DNA of 64,000 nucleotides from Acidobacteriota bacterium (lineage in GTDB: Bacteria; Acidobacteriota; UBA890). The notes beneath the pieces were generated by a model. It ran no database searches and was not told the origin of the DNA. It worked only from the letters and a program-made list of their open reading frames with translations. Below, in pieces: positions 50,671 to 61,398 of this stretch (its first letter is position 1; each line of letters begins with the position of its first letter). The position numbers were made by a program, and so were the translations under genes. The stretch is taken from NCBI GenBank assembly GCA_965214245.1, contig CBDCBL010000009.1, positions 210,214 to 274,213 on the forward strand, given 5' to 3'.

Positions 50671-52076
50671 GCCGTAACGACAATACAGGTCACCGCCCCC
50701 GCCGCCGTACCGAACAAGAAGGGCCAGAAACTCGCCGTCACGGCGCCGCCGTGCCACACGATGGTACCGATCGCCATCAGCAGCGCCACGATCATCGACG
50801 CCAGCGTCGGCGTGCTCCCGACGCGCGGGGCGAACATGCCGGCGAACAGCGGCACCACCATGGCGATCACCAGGAGCCCGTAGAACACCCGCAAGTTGGC
50901 GATCACCGAAGGCACGCCGAGCGCCACGAACAGTCCCAGCGCTAATCCCACTACGGCGGCAACTCGGCCGGACAGGAGCAGCCCGCGATCGTCGACATCC
51001 GGACGCAGGTGCCCCTGATACAGGTCTCGGGAGAACGACGTCGACAACATGAAAAGCACCGCATCCGCGGAAGAGAGCTCCGCCGAGAGCAAGGCGGCCA
51101 GGGCCAGCAGGCCGATCCACGCCGGTGTCGCTTCCACGAGCAACAGGGGCAACGCCGTCTGGCTGCTGGCAGCTGACAGGTCCGGCCACTGGACCCGGGC
51201 CAACATGCCGAGCCCGGTCGGAACCACGGCGAACAAGAGCATCACGATCCCTGCGATCGCCACTCCGCACCGCACGGTGCTCGCATCACGGGCTCCGAAA
51301 GACTTCTGCAGGAGCCCCGGTGAGACGACAAAGGACGGCACGAGCACCAGGAACATGCCGAGCACTCCGGCGCCGCCGATGCCCACCGGCGACAGGTACG
51401 CATCCCCCATACCGCTGCTCGTGGCGGCGGCGCGGAGCGCCGTGCCGATGCCTCCGTCGCCGGCTATCGTGCGCGCCGCGAAAAGCAGGGCTAGCGGGAA
51501 CGCCACCAACTTCACCGCCAGCTCGGCGACATTGACGACGGAAGACGACCACAAGCCCCCGGCGCCGTAATACACGAGCACGATCAGCCCACCGATCACC
51601 GTCCCGTACGAGAGCGGGATTCCGGCAGCCACATTGAAGACGATCCCCATGGCAACGAGCTGGGCCGCAAGGATGGCCAACGTTCCGACCCACAGGATAG
51701 TCATCGAAAGCCCGCGCACACCACGGCCGAAGCGCGACTCGAGATAGTCGCCCACCGTGAAGCAATCGCGGGAGCGGGCCTCCTCCCAAAACAGTGGGCC
51801 GAACCAGAACGCGAGGATCAGCGTGCCGATGGCGGCAGAGCCAACCCACCACCATGCCGACGCGCCACTCGTGTACGCGAGCCAGGCAACACCGACGGTT
51901 GTGCCGGCGCCAATGTTGGCGGCGGTGACCGACGCCGCCAACATGCCCGGGCCGAGCCGGCGGCCGGCGACGTAGAAGTCGGCCGCCGTGCGCACCCGGC
52001 GTCCGGCCCAGACTCCGGCAAGCGCCAGAAAAACGCCGTACAGCAACAAGATTAGCAGCGCTGGTGTTCCTCTCAT
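50655..52076 (-). CDS. sodium:solute symporter family (SSF) transporter
   Basis: 473 aa, 13-14 TM helices, SSF-type N-terminal region. Confidence 0.75.
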   Translation of the reverse strand: MRGTPALLILLLYGVFLALAGVWAGRRVRTAADFYVAGRRLGPGMLAASVTAANIGAGTTVGVAWLAYTSGASAWWWVGSAAIGTLILAFWFGPLFWEEARSRDCFTVGDYLESRFGRGVRGLSMTILWVGTLAILAAQLVAMGIVFNVAAGIPLSYGTVIGGLIVLVYYGAGGLWSSSVVNVAELAVKLVAFPLALLFAARTIAGDGGIGTALRAAATSSGMGDAYLSPVGIGGAGVLGMFLVLVPSFVVSPGLLQKSFGARDASTVRCGVAIAGIVMLLFAVVPTGLGMLARVQWPDLSAASSQTALPLLLVEATPAWIGLLALAALLSAELSSADAVLFMLSTSFSRDLYQGHLRPDVDDRGLLLSGRVAAVVGLALGLFVALGVPSVIANLRVFYGLLVIAMVVPLFAGMFAPRVGSTPTLASMIVALLMAIGTIVWHGGAVTASFWPFLFGTAAGAVTCIVVTAWRPR

Positions 52077-52333
52077 CGCTTCGGACGATACTCCAAGTCA
52101 GCCGACCGTGACGGTGGAGTTGACAACTCCTCATGTTCGGCCGTAGGCTGCCCACGAGCCCACCGGGTACGTCGTCGAAGCCGGAACTTTCGAGTACAGT
52201 GCACCGGCCCGACCGAGCAGGGGGCGCCGCGAGGGCCCGTTCGGCAGGGAACGTCACCACGCCGTCTCGTATACCTGCCCGCCGTGTATCTCGTCGACCA
52301 CCGCAGCGGGTCTTCACCGGGGAGTGGAAGCAC

Positions 52334-53773
52334 ATGCATTCCGCAGGCAACGATTTTGTTCAACGAGTTCGGAATTTCTCAGAGGAGATGGTGGCGTATA
52401 CGAGCGCCCACGTGCCCCTCGAGTACGGCGTTCCGCAGGGGCTCCACCTCACGACGAAAGAAGAAGTTCTCGCCTACATCAAGGAACACGAGATCACTTC
52501 GATTCGCTTGTGGTTCACCGACATCCTCGGATTTCTCAAGAAGTTCGAGGTGACGCCGGCCGGAATCGAGGGCGCCTTCGACGAGGGCATGGGCTTCGAC
52601 GGCTCCTCGGTGGAAGGCTACCAGCGCATCCAGGAAAGCGACATGGTTGCTTTCCCGATCCCCGAAACGGCGCAGTTCATCCCGTTCCCGGTGGGGCCCG
52701 CTCGTTGCATCCGGATGTTTGCGGAGATCCGCAGCCCGGAAGGCGTGCCCTACGCCGGCGACCCGCGCGTGATTCTCACGAAGGAGCTCGCGCGCCTCGT
52801 GGACCACGGCTTCTCGCACATGAATATCGGTCCCGAGGCCGAATTTTTCTACTTCGCGTCCGCCGAATCTCCCGAGGTTCTCGACCACGCCGGCTACTTC
52901 GACATGGTGCCGGTCGACGTCGGCGACGACTTTCGCGAGGCCACTCGCTTCGCGCTGCAGGCCATGGGAATCAAAGTGGAGTACATGCACCACGAGGTGG
53001 CCCATAGCCAGCACGAGATCGACCTGAAGTATGCCGAAGCGCTGCGCATGGCGGACAATTTGCAAACCTACAAGTGGCTCGTGAAGGAAATTGCGCGCCG
53101 CAACGGCATCCACGCCACGTTCATGCCCAAGCCGCTGTCGGGACAGAACGGCAGTGGCATGCACGTGCACCTGTCGATCTTCCGCGACGAAAAGCGCAAC
53201 GCCTTCTACGACAGCGACGACCCGCACTATTTGTCGGCGACGGCGCGCCACTTTCTCGCCGGCTGCCTGGCGCACGCCCGTGAGATGTGCCTGATCACCA
53301 ACCAGTGGTACAACTCGTACAAGCGCCTGGTTCCCGGATACGAAGCACCGGTGTACATCGCCTGGGCGGAGCGTAACCGTTCGGCGCTGGTGCGCATCCC
53401 GATGTACAAGCCCGGTAACGAGGTCGCGACGCGCATCGAGCTGCGCTTTCCGGACGCGGCATGCAATCCGTATCTGGCATTCGCGGTCATGCTCGCTGCC
53501 GGGCTCAAGGGGCTCGACGACAAGCTGCCCTTGGCCGAACCCGTGGTCGACGACCTCTACGACTACACGGCGTTGCAACGCGAGCAGCAGGGCATCGAAT
53601 CGCTGCCGCATGACCTGTACGACGCCGTGCAGGCTACCGCCGGGTCAGCGGTCATCCGCGCGACGTTGGGCGACGAGGTGGTCGACAAGCTGCTGGAGAA
53701 GAAGCTCGAGGAGTACGACGGCTACCGCTTGCACGTCTCGAACCGCGAGCTCGAAGAGAGCATCAACCTGTAA
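52334..53773 (+). CDS. glnA: glutamine synthetase type I
   Basis: GS beta-grasp and catalytic domain motifs (FDGSS, KPLSGQNGSGMHVHLS, NPYLAFA); start MHSAGN at 52334. Confidence 0.9.
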   Translation: MHSAGNDFVQRVRNFSEEMVAYTSAHVPLEYGVPQGLHLTTKEEVLAYIKEHEITSIRLWFTDILGFLKKFEVTPAGIEGAFDEGMGFDGSSVEGYQRIQESDMVAFPIPETAQFIPFPVGPARCIRMFAEIRSPEGVPYAGDPRVILTKELARLVDHGFSHMNIGPEAEFFYFASAESPEVLDHAGYFDMVPVDVGDDFREATRFALQAMGIKVEYMHHEVAHSQHEIDLKYAEALRMADNLQTYKWLVKEIARRNGIHATFMPKPLSGQNGSGMHVHLSIFRDEKRNAFYDSDDPHYLSATARHFLAGCLAHAREMCLITNQWYNSYKRLVPGYEAPVYIAWAERNRSALVRIPMYKPGNEVATRIELRFPDAACNPYLAFAVMLAAGLKGLDDKLPLAEPVVDDLYDYTALQREQQGIESLPHDLYDAVQATAGSAVIRATLGDEVVDKLLEKKLEEYDGYRLHVSNRELEESINL

Positions 53774-53813
53774 TCGAGGCGCGCCGCGTCTCGTACCCAT
53801 CGACAGGGCTACC

Positions 53814-54737
53814 GAGATGGGAGCGACCGACGACCAGATCGACGATCTCATCGAGTGGGAGCCCGGTTCGCCACAAGCCGCCCGCACCAGCCCGCTTGGC
53901 GCCCTGGCGTGGGGCGCGCGGCGCGCCTGGCGCTCGAAGGCGCTGATCTTCTGGCTGTGGTTGTTGCAGTTCGTGCTGGTCAGCCAGGCGCTGCGTAGCC
54001 TGCTGCCGCCGACGCGTTTCTGGTCGGTCGGAGCCAGCGAGCCATTGGCGTGGGCCGCCGTTCTCGACGCCTCGTCGCGATTGTGGAACCTGGGCAACTC
54101 CCTTCAAGGAACCATGGCGGGCTCGCTCGAGCGTCCGCTGTGGAGCCCGAACGTCTATTTCGTCCTCTTCTACGGCATTCTTGCCGGTGGCGCGATCGCC
54201 TATCTGCACGCCCCCCGTAAGGCTCCCTTTCTGGCGCAGTTCGGCGCCGCCAGTGGCCTGTATGTCGGGCGCTTCCTGCGGCTGATGATCGTCGGTGCGC
54301 TCGGCCTGTGGCTTCTGCTCGGCCTCGTCGGGCTCCTGACGCCGGGCGCTCAGGTGCGCGGCGGCTGGCTCGGCATCGTGGCCCGCGAGGTGTGCGTATC
54401 GCTGCTGGCACTGATCATCGACTACGCCCGCGTCCGCACGGTGGCGCGCGACAGCCGCTCCATGTTGATCGAGATGCTGCGCTCGCTACGCTTCGTGTTC
54501 CGCCACTTTCCGCGGATCTTGTTGCTGCAACTCTCGCTCTTCGTCGTCGGCCTGTTGGTAGCGGTGAGCATCTTGATGCTGGCACGGGGCCTCGCCGCAG
54601 TGGGAGCCGGCTCCATTGGCACATTCGCGGCCGGGCAGATCTATGTCGTCGGGCGCATCTGGCTGCGCCTCGCCATGTGGGGATCGATGCTGTCGCTGTA
54701 CCAGGGGTTGATCACCAGCGAGAAGTCGGCAGAATGA
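53814..54737 (+). CDS. hypothetical polytopic membrane protein
   Basis: 307 aa from MGATDDQIDD; 6-8 hydrophobic helices; no family recognised. Confidence 0.45.
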   Translation, partial: EMGATDDQIDDLIEWEPGSPQAARTSPLGALAWGARRAWRSKALIFWLWLLQFVLVSQALRSLLPPTRFWSVGASEPLAWAAVLDASSRLWNLGNSLQGTMAGSLERPLWSPNVYFVLFYGILAGGAIAYLHAPRKAPFLAQFGAASGLYVGRFLRLMIVGALGLWLLLGLVGLLTPGAQVRGGWLGIVAREVCVSLLALIIDYARVRTVARDSRSMLIEMLRSLRFVFRHFPRILLLQLSLFVVGLLVAVSILMLARGLAAVGAGSIGTFAAGQIYVVGRIWLRLAMWGSMLSLYQGLITSEKSAE

Positions 54738-54904
54738 GGCGGTGGGAGCGGCAGTGACGGGGGTCGGGGGCGCGGGGGGCGCCTGATTGACGGTGCACGT
54801 CGTGTTCTCATCCACTCGTTCCGCCTGGTTGCCCAGCACGTCAACGGCGACATGCGAGCCCCCGATGCCCGTCACCCGCCGACCGCTCTTTGTGACTCAG
54901 GACA

Positions 54905-55696
54905 CTAGGTCATCGCTTGACTGCGACCCCCGTCGACGGCGATCGTCGCCCCGTGGACGTACGATGCGGCGTCCGAAGCCAGGAAGACCACAACGTTGGC
55001 GAACTCTTCCGGCGTCGCGAGCCGGCGTAGAGGCGTGAGCGCAGCCCAGTTCTCGAACACCTGATCCGCGTCGATGCCCTGACGCTCGGCAACCGCGCCG
55101 GCGAGTTGTGCCAGGCGCTCGGTGGTCGTGTAGCCCGGGCAGACGTTGTTCACCAGAACCTGCTCCGGGCCGATCTCGTTGGCCAGTGTTTTAGCCCAGC
55201 CGACGACCGCGGAGCGAATGCTGTTCGACAAGATCAGACCATCGACCGGCTGTTTCACGGACGTCGACGTGACGTTGATCACCCTGCCCCATTGCTGGGC
55301 ACGCATCGCCGGGAGCAACCTGCGGGTGAGCTCCACGGCCGACATCAAGGTCAGGTCCACGGCGTGGCGCCAGGCGGCTTCGTCGAGATCGTCGAAGGTC
55401 CCCGGGGGCGGCCCGCCGGCGTTGTTGACCAGAATGTCCACGGTGCCGAAGCGTTCGAGCGCTTGATTCGCCAGCCCGTCGATTTGATCAACCTGCGTCA
55501 GGTCGGTGGGGACCGTCAGCACGTCCGCGGCGCCGGCTCCGTCGACTTGTTCCGCAGCGCGCGCCAGGTTCTCCTCGGATCGGGCGCACAGCACCACGTT
55601 GGCACCGACCGTGGCGAGACCGCGCGCGATCGCCAAACCGATCCCTTCCGACGAGCCGCCGACGAGCGCCGTTCGTCCGGAGAGGTCAATCTTCAT
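54905..55696 (-). CDS. SDR-family oxidoreductase
   Basis: TALVGGSSEGIGLAIA (TGxxxGxG), NNAG, catalytic YxxxK (SNSIRSAVVGWAK region). Confidence 0.8.
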   Translation of the reverse strand: MKIDLSGRTALVGGSSEGIGLAIARGLATVGANVVLCARSEENLARAAEQVDGAGAADVLTVPTDLTQVDQIDGLANQALERFGTVDILVNNAGGPPPGTFDDLDEAAWRHAVDLTLMSAVELTRRLLPAMRAQQWGRVINVTSTSVKQPVDGLILSNSIRSAVVGWAKTLANEIGPEQVLVNNVCPGYTTTERLAQLAGAVAERQGIDADQVFENWAALTPLRRLATPEEFANVVVFLASDAASYVHGATIAVDGGRSQAMT

Positions 55697-56051
55697 CGCC
55701 ACCTCGCAGGTACGCGTCGTCACCCGACAACCAGTCCTCGCGGGGCGGACTGAAAGCGTCCAGATCGATCGTGTCTTCCAATGCGAGGGCCTCGTGGCCG
55801 ACGTTCGACGGTATGGTGAGCGTGTCGCCGCCACGCACGTCGATCACGCTGCCGTCCTCCATCGTGAAGCGAAGATGCCCCTCGATCACGAAGGTGATCT
55901 GCTCGTTGTGGTGCTTGTGCATCGGCACCAACGCGCCCTCCTTGAGGTCGACGATGGCCAGCATTACCTGGTCGCCGGTAACCATGCGCCGCAGGATCTT
56001 CGGATTGAGCTCTTCTCGCGGGATGTCATCCCATGCCTTGTGACGAACCAA
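55686..56051 (-). CDS. cupin-domain protein
   Basis: 121 aa with HKHHNEQITFVIEG...IPSNVGHEA two-His cupin motifs. Confidence 0.65.
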   Translation of the reverse strand: MVRHKAWDDIPREELNPKILRRMVTGDQVMLAIVDLKEGALVPMHKHHNEQITFVIEGHLRFTMEDGSVIDVRGGDTLTIPSNVGHEALALEDTIDLDAFSPPREDWLSGDDAYLRGGDED

Positions 56052-56228
56052 GTCTGCCTCCTGCCCAACGGGTGTGCGGCGAACATCGTCGCGACCCTGT
56101 GTTTTAGCCGTAGTCTCGCCGCAGTGTCGCGCTACAATGGAAGAATCGGCAACGTAGCACGGGACTCTGGGACCATCAACGAAACACGCACAGTCGGGCG
56201 CCGGACACTCCTCGTCATCGGGACCGCT

Positions 56229-56906
56229 GTGCTGTTGAGCACTGCCGCAGTGGTAGCCGACGAGGTCATCACGTCACCGTCGGCCAGCTTGCCGAGCGTG
56301 CCCTGGATGCTCGTCGTTTTCTCTGCAGCCTTTACGATTACCAGCACCTTCGCCGTGTGGACGGCACGCAGCCTCGGGCTGCCCAGCTTTCTGCTGTTGT
56401 CTCGCTTGTCGAGTCGACGCCGCTGGCTGCGCTTCGCCGTATACGGCGTCGGTGTGGGTGTGTTCATCTCGTTGACCGGCGGCGCTCTGCATCTGACGAC
56501 GAGGGCGACGCCGTTCGGCCCGTCGACCGTCTACGCGATCGACGGCCACCTGAAGGTCTTGACGCTGTCGGCGCGGGCGGCGCTGGCGGAGGAGACGATC
56601 TACCGCCTCTTCGCCATTCCGTTCTTCGTTTCTCTGGCGATGCGCTGTTACGGGTGGCGGCCCCGTTTCGGCTTCGAGGAGGAGCCGCTCGCTCCATCCG
56701 ACCCGGTGCGGCCGACGCACCGCTTGGTGCTCGCCGCGCTGCTGATATCGGCGCTTTTCTTCGGCATGGCGCACCAAACCAGCCCTGTGGCGGCGACCGG
56801 CTTCGGTTTGGCACTCGGTTTCGCCTACCTGCGTGGTGGCTGGGAATCGGCGGTCACGGCGCACTTTCTCGGCAACTACCTGCTGTTTGTCGGGCTGTTC
56901 TTGTAG
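56229..56906 (+). CDS. CPBP-family intramembrane metalloprotease (CAAX protease-like)
   Basis: EETIYRLFAIPFF (EExxxR), FFGMAH (FxxxH), HFLGNY (HxxxN); start tentatively at GTG 56229. Confidence 0.6.
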   Translation: MLLSTAAVVADEVITSPSASLPSVPWMLVVFSAAFTITSTFAVWTARSLGLPSFLLLSRLSSRRRWLRFAVYGVGVGVFISLTGGALHLTTRATPFGPSTVYAIDGHLKVLTLSARAALAEETIYRLFAIPFFVSLAMRCYGWRPRFGFEEEPLAPSDPVRPTHRLVLAALLISALFFGMAHQTSPVAATGFGLALGFAYLRGGWESAVTAHFLGNYLLFVGLFL

Positions 56907-57038
56907 CCGACTCGAACAGACGGTTCCGGTGTCGCGAGGTGAAATGAAACCCACGGCTGCGGCACACGTCAGGAACAGGAAGGGACCGATACGCCCACCG
57001 GCCGTCGCCGGTACGGCGATCGATGGAGGGAAACGCTG

Positions 57039-57368
57039 ATGTTCGAGTTCTTGGGACTGATCGGTATCGTCTTCCTGTTCGGCGTCGTGGCGCTCGTCGG
57101 GTGGATCTTGCTGGTGCCCTTTTACCTATTGTTCCGCCTGTTCGGCTTCGCGCTGAAAGTCGGCTTCGCCGGCATCTTCATGGTGGTCGCCGGGCTGCTG
57201 CTGTTGCCAATCATGCTGCTATTCGGCGCCCTTCTGCTGCTCAAGCTTCTGATCATCGGCATCCCGCTGCTGATCGCGTTCGCGCTCTTCGGCTGGCTCA
57301 TCGGCTTCTTCTACAGTACCCCGGCATCGCACGCCACAATATCCGCCCAACCGATACCGCCAGTCTAG
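57039..57368 (+). CDS. small hydrophobic membrane protein (4 TM, 109 aa)
   Basis: Good SD (GGAGGGAAACGCTGATG); almost entirely hydrophobic; no family recognised. Confidence 0.4.
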   Translation: MFEFLGLIGIVFLFGVVALVGWILLVPFYLLFRLFGFALKVGFAGIFMVVAGLLLLPIMLLFGALLLLKLLIIGIPLLIAFALFGWLIGFFYSTPASHATISAQPIPPV

Positions 57369-58360
57369 CCCGAACTTCTCGACGCTCGCCGACCCAGATC
57401 GTGTAGCGCCCGCCGGACCTCGATGCGCACCATTTTCTTACGCCAGTGGTACATCAGGTCGACATTGTCGAGCGGCGTCGCCGCCTTGAACGCGGCAGCC
57501 GCGGCCGCCTCGATCGCGTCGTCGGTGAGCTCGCGACCCTGCAGCAACTCCGCCGCCGCATCGACTTCGACGGGATGCGTGTGCACTGCCCCCAACACGA
57601 GGCGGGCGTGCTCGACCGTCGCTCCTGAGAACCGGAGGCTCGCCGCAACGCCGAGGATCGGGAAATCGATGCTTCCCCGACGCCGGACCTTCCGGTACGT
57701 GCTGACGGCCCCGGCGGATCTGGGAATCAAGACCTTGGTGAGAATCTCGTCGGGCTGACGGGTCAGGTAATCGATGCCGTCGTCCCGGTACATCGCCCGC
57801 AGTGGAATATCGCGCTCGCCCGACGGGCCGGTCAAGACGACGCGCGCCCCCAGCGCCATCAAAGCCGGCGCCGCGTCCGTCGAGGACACCGCCCAGCATT
57901 TGGCGCTTCCCGGGGCAACCAGACAAATGTCGCCTTCCCGCTTCATGCAGAAACCGATGGACTCGCGCCACTCATGCGTCTGGTTGTAGTAGTTGCAGCG
58001 TGTATCGACGCACAGATTCCCGCCGAGCGTTCCCTGGCGCTGGATCTGCGGATTCGCGATCTGCCGGACGGCCTCGACCAATCCCGGCAGCTCGGCGGCG
58101 AGCGCCGCGTTGTCGGAGATTTCCTGCAGGCGCATGCCGCCACCTAGAACCACCTCCCCATTCATCGATGTGCCGCGTAGGTCCGCAAGGCTGCCGACGG
58201 ATACCAATACCTTGGCGTCGAACTGACGGCGCTTGAGGTTGGGAATCAGGTCGGTCCCGCCGGCGAGAACCATGGATTCGCCGAGGTGATCGGCGAGCAC
58301 CCGCGCGGCTTCCTGCACTGAGGTCGGACGAACGTAACGGAACGGAGGGAGTCGCAGCAT
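57365..58360 (-). CDS. hcrB: FAD-binding medium subunit with extra 4-Cys [4Fe-4S]-type insertion, 4-hydroxybenzoyl-CoA reductase HcrB-like
   Basis: MLRLPPFRYVRPTSVQEA...AGGTDLIPNLK FAD domain; insertion GGNLCVDTRCNYYNQTHEWRESIGFCMKREGDICLVAPGSAKCWA with Cys spacings 16/8/9; ATGA overlap with upstream large subunit. Confidence 0.75.
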   Translation of the reverse strand: MLRLPPFRYVRPTSVQEAARVLADHLGESMVLAGGTDLIPNLKRRQFDAKVLVSVGSLADLRGTSMNGEVVLGGGMRLQEISDNAALAAELPGLVEAVRQIANPQIQRQGTLGGNLCVDTRCNYYNQTHEWRESIGFCMKREGDICLVAPGSAKCWAVSSTDAAPALMALGARVVLTGPSGERDIPLRAMYRDDGIDYLTRQPDEILTKVLIPRSAGAVSTYRKVRRRGSIDFPILGVAASLRFSGATVEHARLVLGAVHTHPVEVDAAAELLQGRELTDDAIEAAAAAAFKAATPLDNVDLMYHWRKKMVRIEVRRALHDLGRRASRSSG

Positions 58361-60786
58361 CAGCTCGCCTCCACGCGGCTCGCCGGTCGTCGTCGCGTCT
58401 CGACCCACTGTTCGGGAGGTTTGTCGTACCAGACAGGGTCGACGACCACCGGCTCAGGCCAGTTGATGAGAGGGACGGAAGTGGGGCCGAAACGCGGCGT
58501 CTCTCCCTTTTCCTTGCGCTCCAGGGCGGCGCGGACCTTCTCCGGGGTGATCGGCAGCTCGTCGATACGCACCCCGACGGCGTCGAACACCGCGTTGGCG
58601 ACCGCCGGGGGCACGGGCAGCAACGGGCCCTGCCCTGCCTCCTTCGCCCCGAACGGGCCCTCCGCATCATCGGTCTCGACGAGAAACGTCTCTACCGGCG
58701 GCATCTCGAGGAACGTCGGGCTCTTGTAGTCGAGCATCGATGGACATTGGTGTTGGCCACTACGGAAGGCCTGCTCCTCCATGAAGATCTCGCCGAGCGC
58801 CATGTAGACGCTGCCTTCCACCTGTCCCTGAGCCAATGTTGGATTTATGGCACGGCCGATGTCGTGGGCGATCCAGATCTTCTCGGGGGTCACCACGCCG
58901 GTGTCCACGTCGACATCGACAAGAGCCACGGCGGCGGAATACGAGTACGCCGGCGTCGGCCCGACTCCCGAGCCCTTGAAAGGTCCACCGAGCTTCGCCG
59001 GTGTGTAGGAGCCCGTCGACGAGAGCTGGCCGAACTTGGCTTCGGCGAGCGGCGCAGCGTCGAGGAAGCTGATGCTGCGGCCTGATGGTGCGTGGCTGAT
59101 CCGGCCGTGCGCCGCGCTGAGGCCTTCGACATCGACCTCCAGCTCTTCGGCCGCCGCCGCGAAGATCTTGTCACGAATCTTCTCGGCCGCTTCGATCGCC
59201 GCGTTGCCCATCATGAAGGTCACGCGGCTCGCGTAGGAACCCAGGTCGATCGGCGTCGTGTCGGTGTCGGCGCAGGTCAGCTGCACATCGCTCGGCTCGA
59301 TGCCGAGCACCTCGGCGACGGTCATCGCCAGGACCGAATTGGACCCCTGGCCGATGTCGATCTGCATGCATTTCACCGCCACACCGCCTCCACGATCCAC
59401 CTTCAGGTCAACCGATGTGTGCGGCATCTTGTTCCAGTAGATCGGCAAGCCGGCACCGGAGAGATACGAGCCGACGCCGATGCCGATGCCCTTGCCCTCG
59501 GGCAGATTGCCGCGCAGCTCGCTGAAACGCGATGCCTCAGCCACCTTGTCGATGCATTCCTTGAGCCCGCACGAGGTCACCCGCATGTGGTTGGCGGTCA
59601 TCGAGTACTCGTCGACGCAGATACGCTTGCGGTAGTCAGCAGGGTCGAGCCCCAGCGCCTCAGCGACACGATCGAGGTGGATCTCCAGGGCATACCGTGG
59701 CTGTGGCGTGCCGTGACCCCGTTTCGGTCCGCACGGCGGCTTGTTGGTAAACACCCGGATGCCGCGAAATCGATAGGCAGGGATCTTGTAGGTCACCGTT
59801 TGCAGGGCGCCTGTGTAGTAGGTGCTGGCGACGCCGTAGCTGCCATAGCCGCCGCCGTCGAGAAACGACTGGAAATCGAGCGCCGTGATCGAACCGTCGC
59901 CCCTGACGCCCATTTTCACGTGCATGAGCACGGGATGGCGGCCGCGATGCGTGTAGAACACCTCTTCTCGGGTCAACGTGATCTTCACCGGGCGCCCGGT
60001 GATCATTGCCAGTTTGGCAGCGCAAAACTCGTGGGGAAACGGATCCGACTTGCCACCGAAGCCGCCGCCAACCGGCGTGGCGATTACCCGAATCCGGCTG
60101 GCCGGCATCTCGAGCACCCGCGCCATCGCCTTGTGGACGTAGTGCGGGGTTTGCGTCGATGACCACAATGTCAACTTGCCGCCGGCATCGTACGAGGCCA
60201 CCGCCGCATGCTGCTCCATCGCCAGGTGGTTGTTGCCGGAGTAGAAGTACGTCTCCTCGAAAACGTGGTCCGCGACGGCGAAACCGCTGTCGAGGTCGCC
60301 GAACTCCAGATTGACCTCCTTGTGCACGTTGCCGTGGGCGCCGTAGTCGTGGATTCGTTCGTCCTCGGCAACCGGTTGTAGGCCCTCCTCGATGTCGAAC
60401 GCGGTAGACAGGTCCTCGTACTCGACGTCGATGAGGCGAACGGCCGCCTCGGCGGTGAACTCGTCGACGGCGGCGAGGGCGACGATGGGGTCCCCGACGA
60501 AACGCACGCGGTCGATCTCCAGGGGGTACTCGTCTTCGCTGATCGGCAGTATTCCGTACTTCCCCGGCAGATCCCCGCCCGTGATAATCGCTTTCACTCC
60601 AGGCAGGGTCGCGGCCCTCGACGTATCGATGCTGACAATGCGGGCGTGCGGCCGCCGGCTGCCGAGCAGTTTGCCGTACAGCATACGGGGCAGGTACATG
60701 TCGTCGGCGTAGACCGTCTGGCCGCTCGCGTGGCGCAGCCCGTCGACCTTGGGGATGGGCTTGCCGACGACGCTGTAGTCGCTCAT
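58360..60786 (-). CDS. hcrA: molybdopterin-binding large subunit of xanthine-dehydrogenase-family enzyme, HcrA-like
   Basis: 808 aa, GGGFGGK, aldehyde-oxidase/XDH a/b hammerhead and Mo-binding domains. Confidence 0.8.
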   Translation of the reverse strand: MSDYSVVGKPIPKVDGLRHASGQTVYADDMYLPRMLYGKLLGSRRPHARIVSIDTSRAATLPGVKAIITGGDLPGKYGILPISEDEYPLEIDRVRFVGDPIVALAAVDEFTAEAAVRLIDVEYEDLSTAFDIEEGLQPVAEDERIHDYGAHGNVHKEVNLEFGDLDSGFAVADHVFEETYFYSGNNHLAMEQHAAVASYDAGGKLTLWSSTQTPHYVHKAMARVLEMPASRIRVIATPVGGGFGGKSDPFPHEFCAAKLAMITGRPVKITLTREEVFYTHRGRHPVLMHVKMGVRGDGSITALDFQSFLDGGGYGSYGVASTYYTGALQTVTYKIPAYRFRGIRVFTNKPPCGPKRGHGTPQPRYALEIHLDRVAEALGLDPADYRKRICVDEYSMTANHMRVTSCGLKECIDKVAEASRFSELRGNLPEGKGIGIGVGSYLSGAGLPIYWNKMPHTSVDLKVDRGGGVAVKCMQIDIGQGSNSVLAMTVAEVLGIEPSDVQLTCADTDTTPIDLGSYASRVTFMMGNAAIEAAEKIRDKIFAAAAEELEVDVEGLSAAHGRISHAPSGRSISFLDAAPLAEAKFGQLSSTGSYTPAKLGGPFKGSGVGPTPAYSYSAAVALVDVDVDTGVVTPEKIWIAHDIGRAINPTLAQGQVEGSVYMALGEIFMEEQAFRSGQHQCPSMLDYKSPTFLEMPPVETFLVETDDAEGPFGAKEAGQGPLLPVPPAVANAVFDAVGVRIDELPITPEKVRAALERKEKGETPRFGPTSVPLINWPEPVVVDPVWYDKPPEQWVETRRRPASRVEAS

Positions 60787-61376
60787 TCGGCACCGACCAG
60801 GGTGGGTTCGGACGTCCTGTCGCCTGATTCGGCTGTCGGCATGCGGTCCGTTTCGCGCGTGGTCATTACGCCGTCGTCCCCGGCCAACCGGCCGGCGGCG
60901 GTCTCGATGGCGTCAAGAATCTGCAAGTACCCGGTGCAGCGACACAGGTTGCCGGCCAGCTGTTCTTTGATTTGATTGCGGCTCGGCCGCGGTATTTCCT
61001 CGAGGAGCGCCTTCACCGACATCATGATCCCGGAAGTGCAGTAACCGCACTGCGAGGCACCGAGCTCGGCAAAGGCGATCTGCAGCTCGTGCGGCTTGCC
61101 GCCGGTCGCCAGCCCCTCGACGGTATCGATCTCCTGCCCGTCGGCTTCGACGGGAAGCACCAGACATGAAAGCTGCGGCGCGCCGCCGATCAGCACGGTA
61201 CAGGTACCGCACTCGCCGAGCTCGCACCCGTGTTTCGTACCGGTCAGCGCCAGGTCTTCGCGCAACACCTCGAGGAGGGTCTTGTTGACCGGCACGATCA
61301 GATCGTGCTCTTCGCCGTTGACGCGTAGCCGCACCCGCTCCGTGATCGTGGTGCTTGGCGGCGCCGACACGCTCAC
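60783..61376 (-). CDS. hcrC: (2Fe-2S)-binding small subunit, HcrC-like, with ~30-aa C-terminal extension
   Basis: GAGGAG SD 6 nt before GTG 61376; VNGEEHDLIVPVNKTLLEVLREDLALTGTKHGCELGECGTCTV...CGYCTSG...CRCTGY. Confidence 0.75.
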   Translation of the reverse strand: MSVSAPPSTTITERVRLRVNGEEHDLIVPVNKTLLEVLREDLALTGTKHGCELGECGTCTVLIGGAPQLSCLVLPVEADGQEIDTVEGLATGGKPHELQIAFAELGASQCGYCTSGIMMSVKALLEEIPRPSRNQIKEQLAGNLCRCTGYLQILDAIETAAGRLAGDDGVMTTRETDRMPTAESGDRTSEPTLVGAE

Positions 61377-61398
61377 GGTTCGCTCCTCGGCGTCCCGT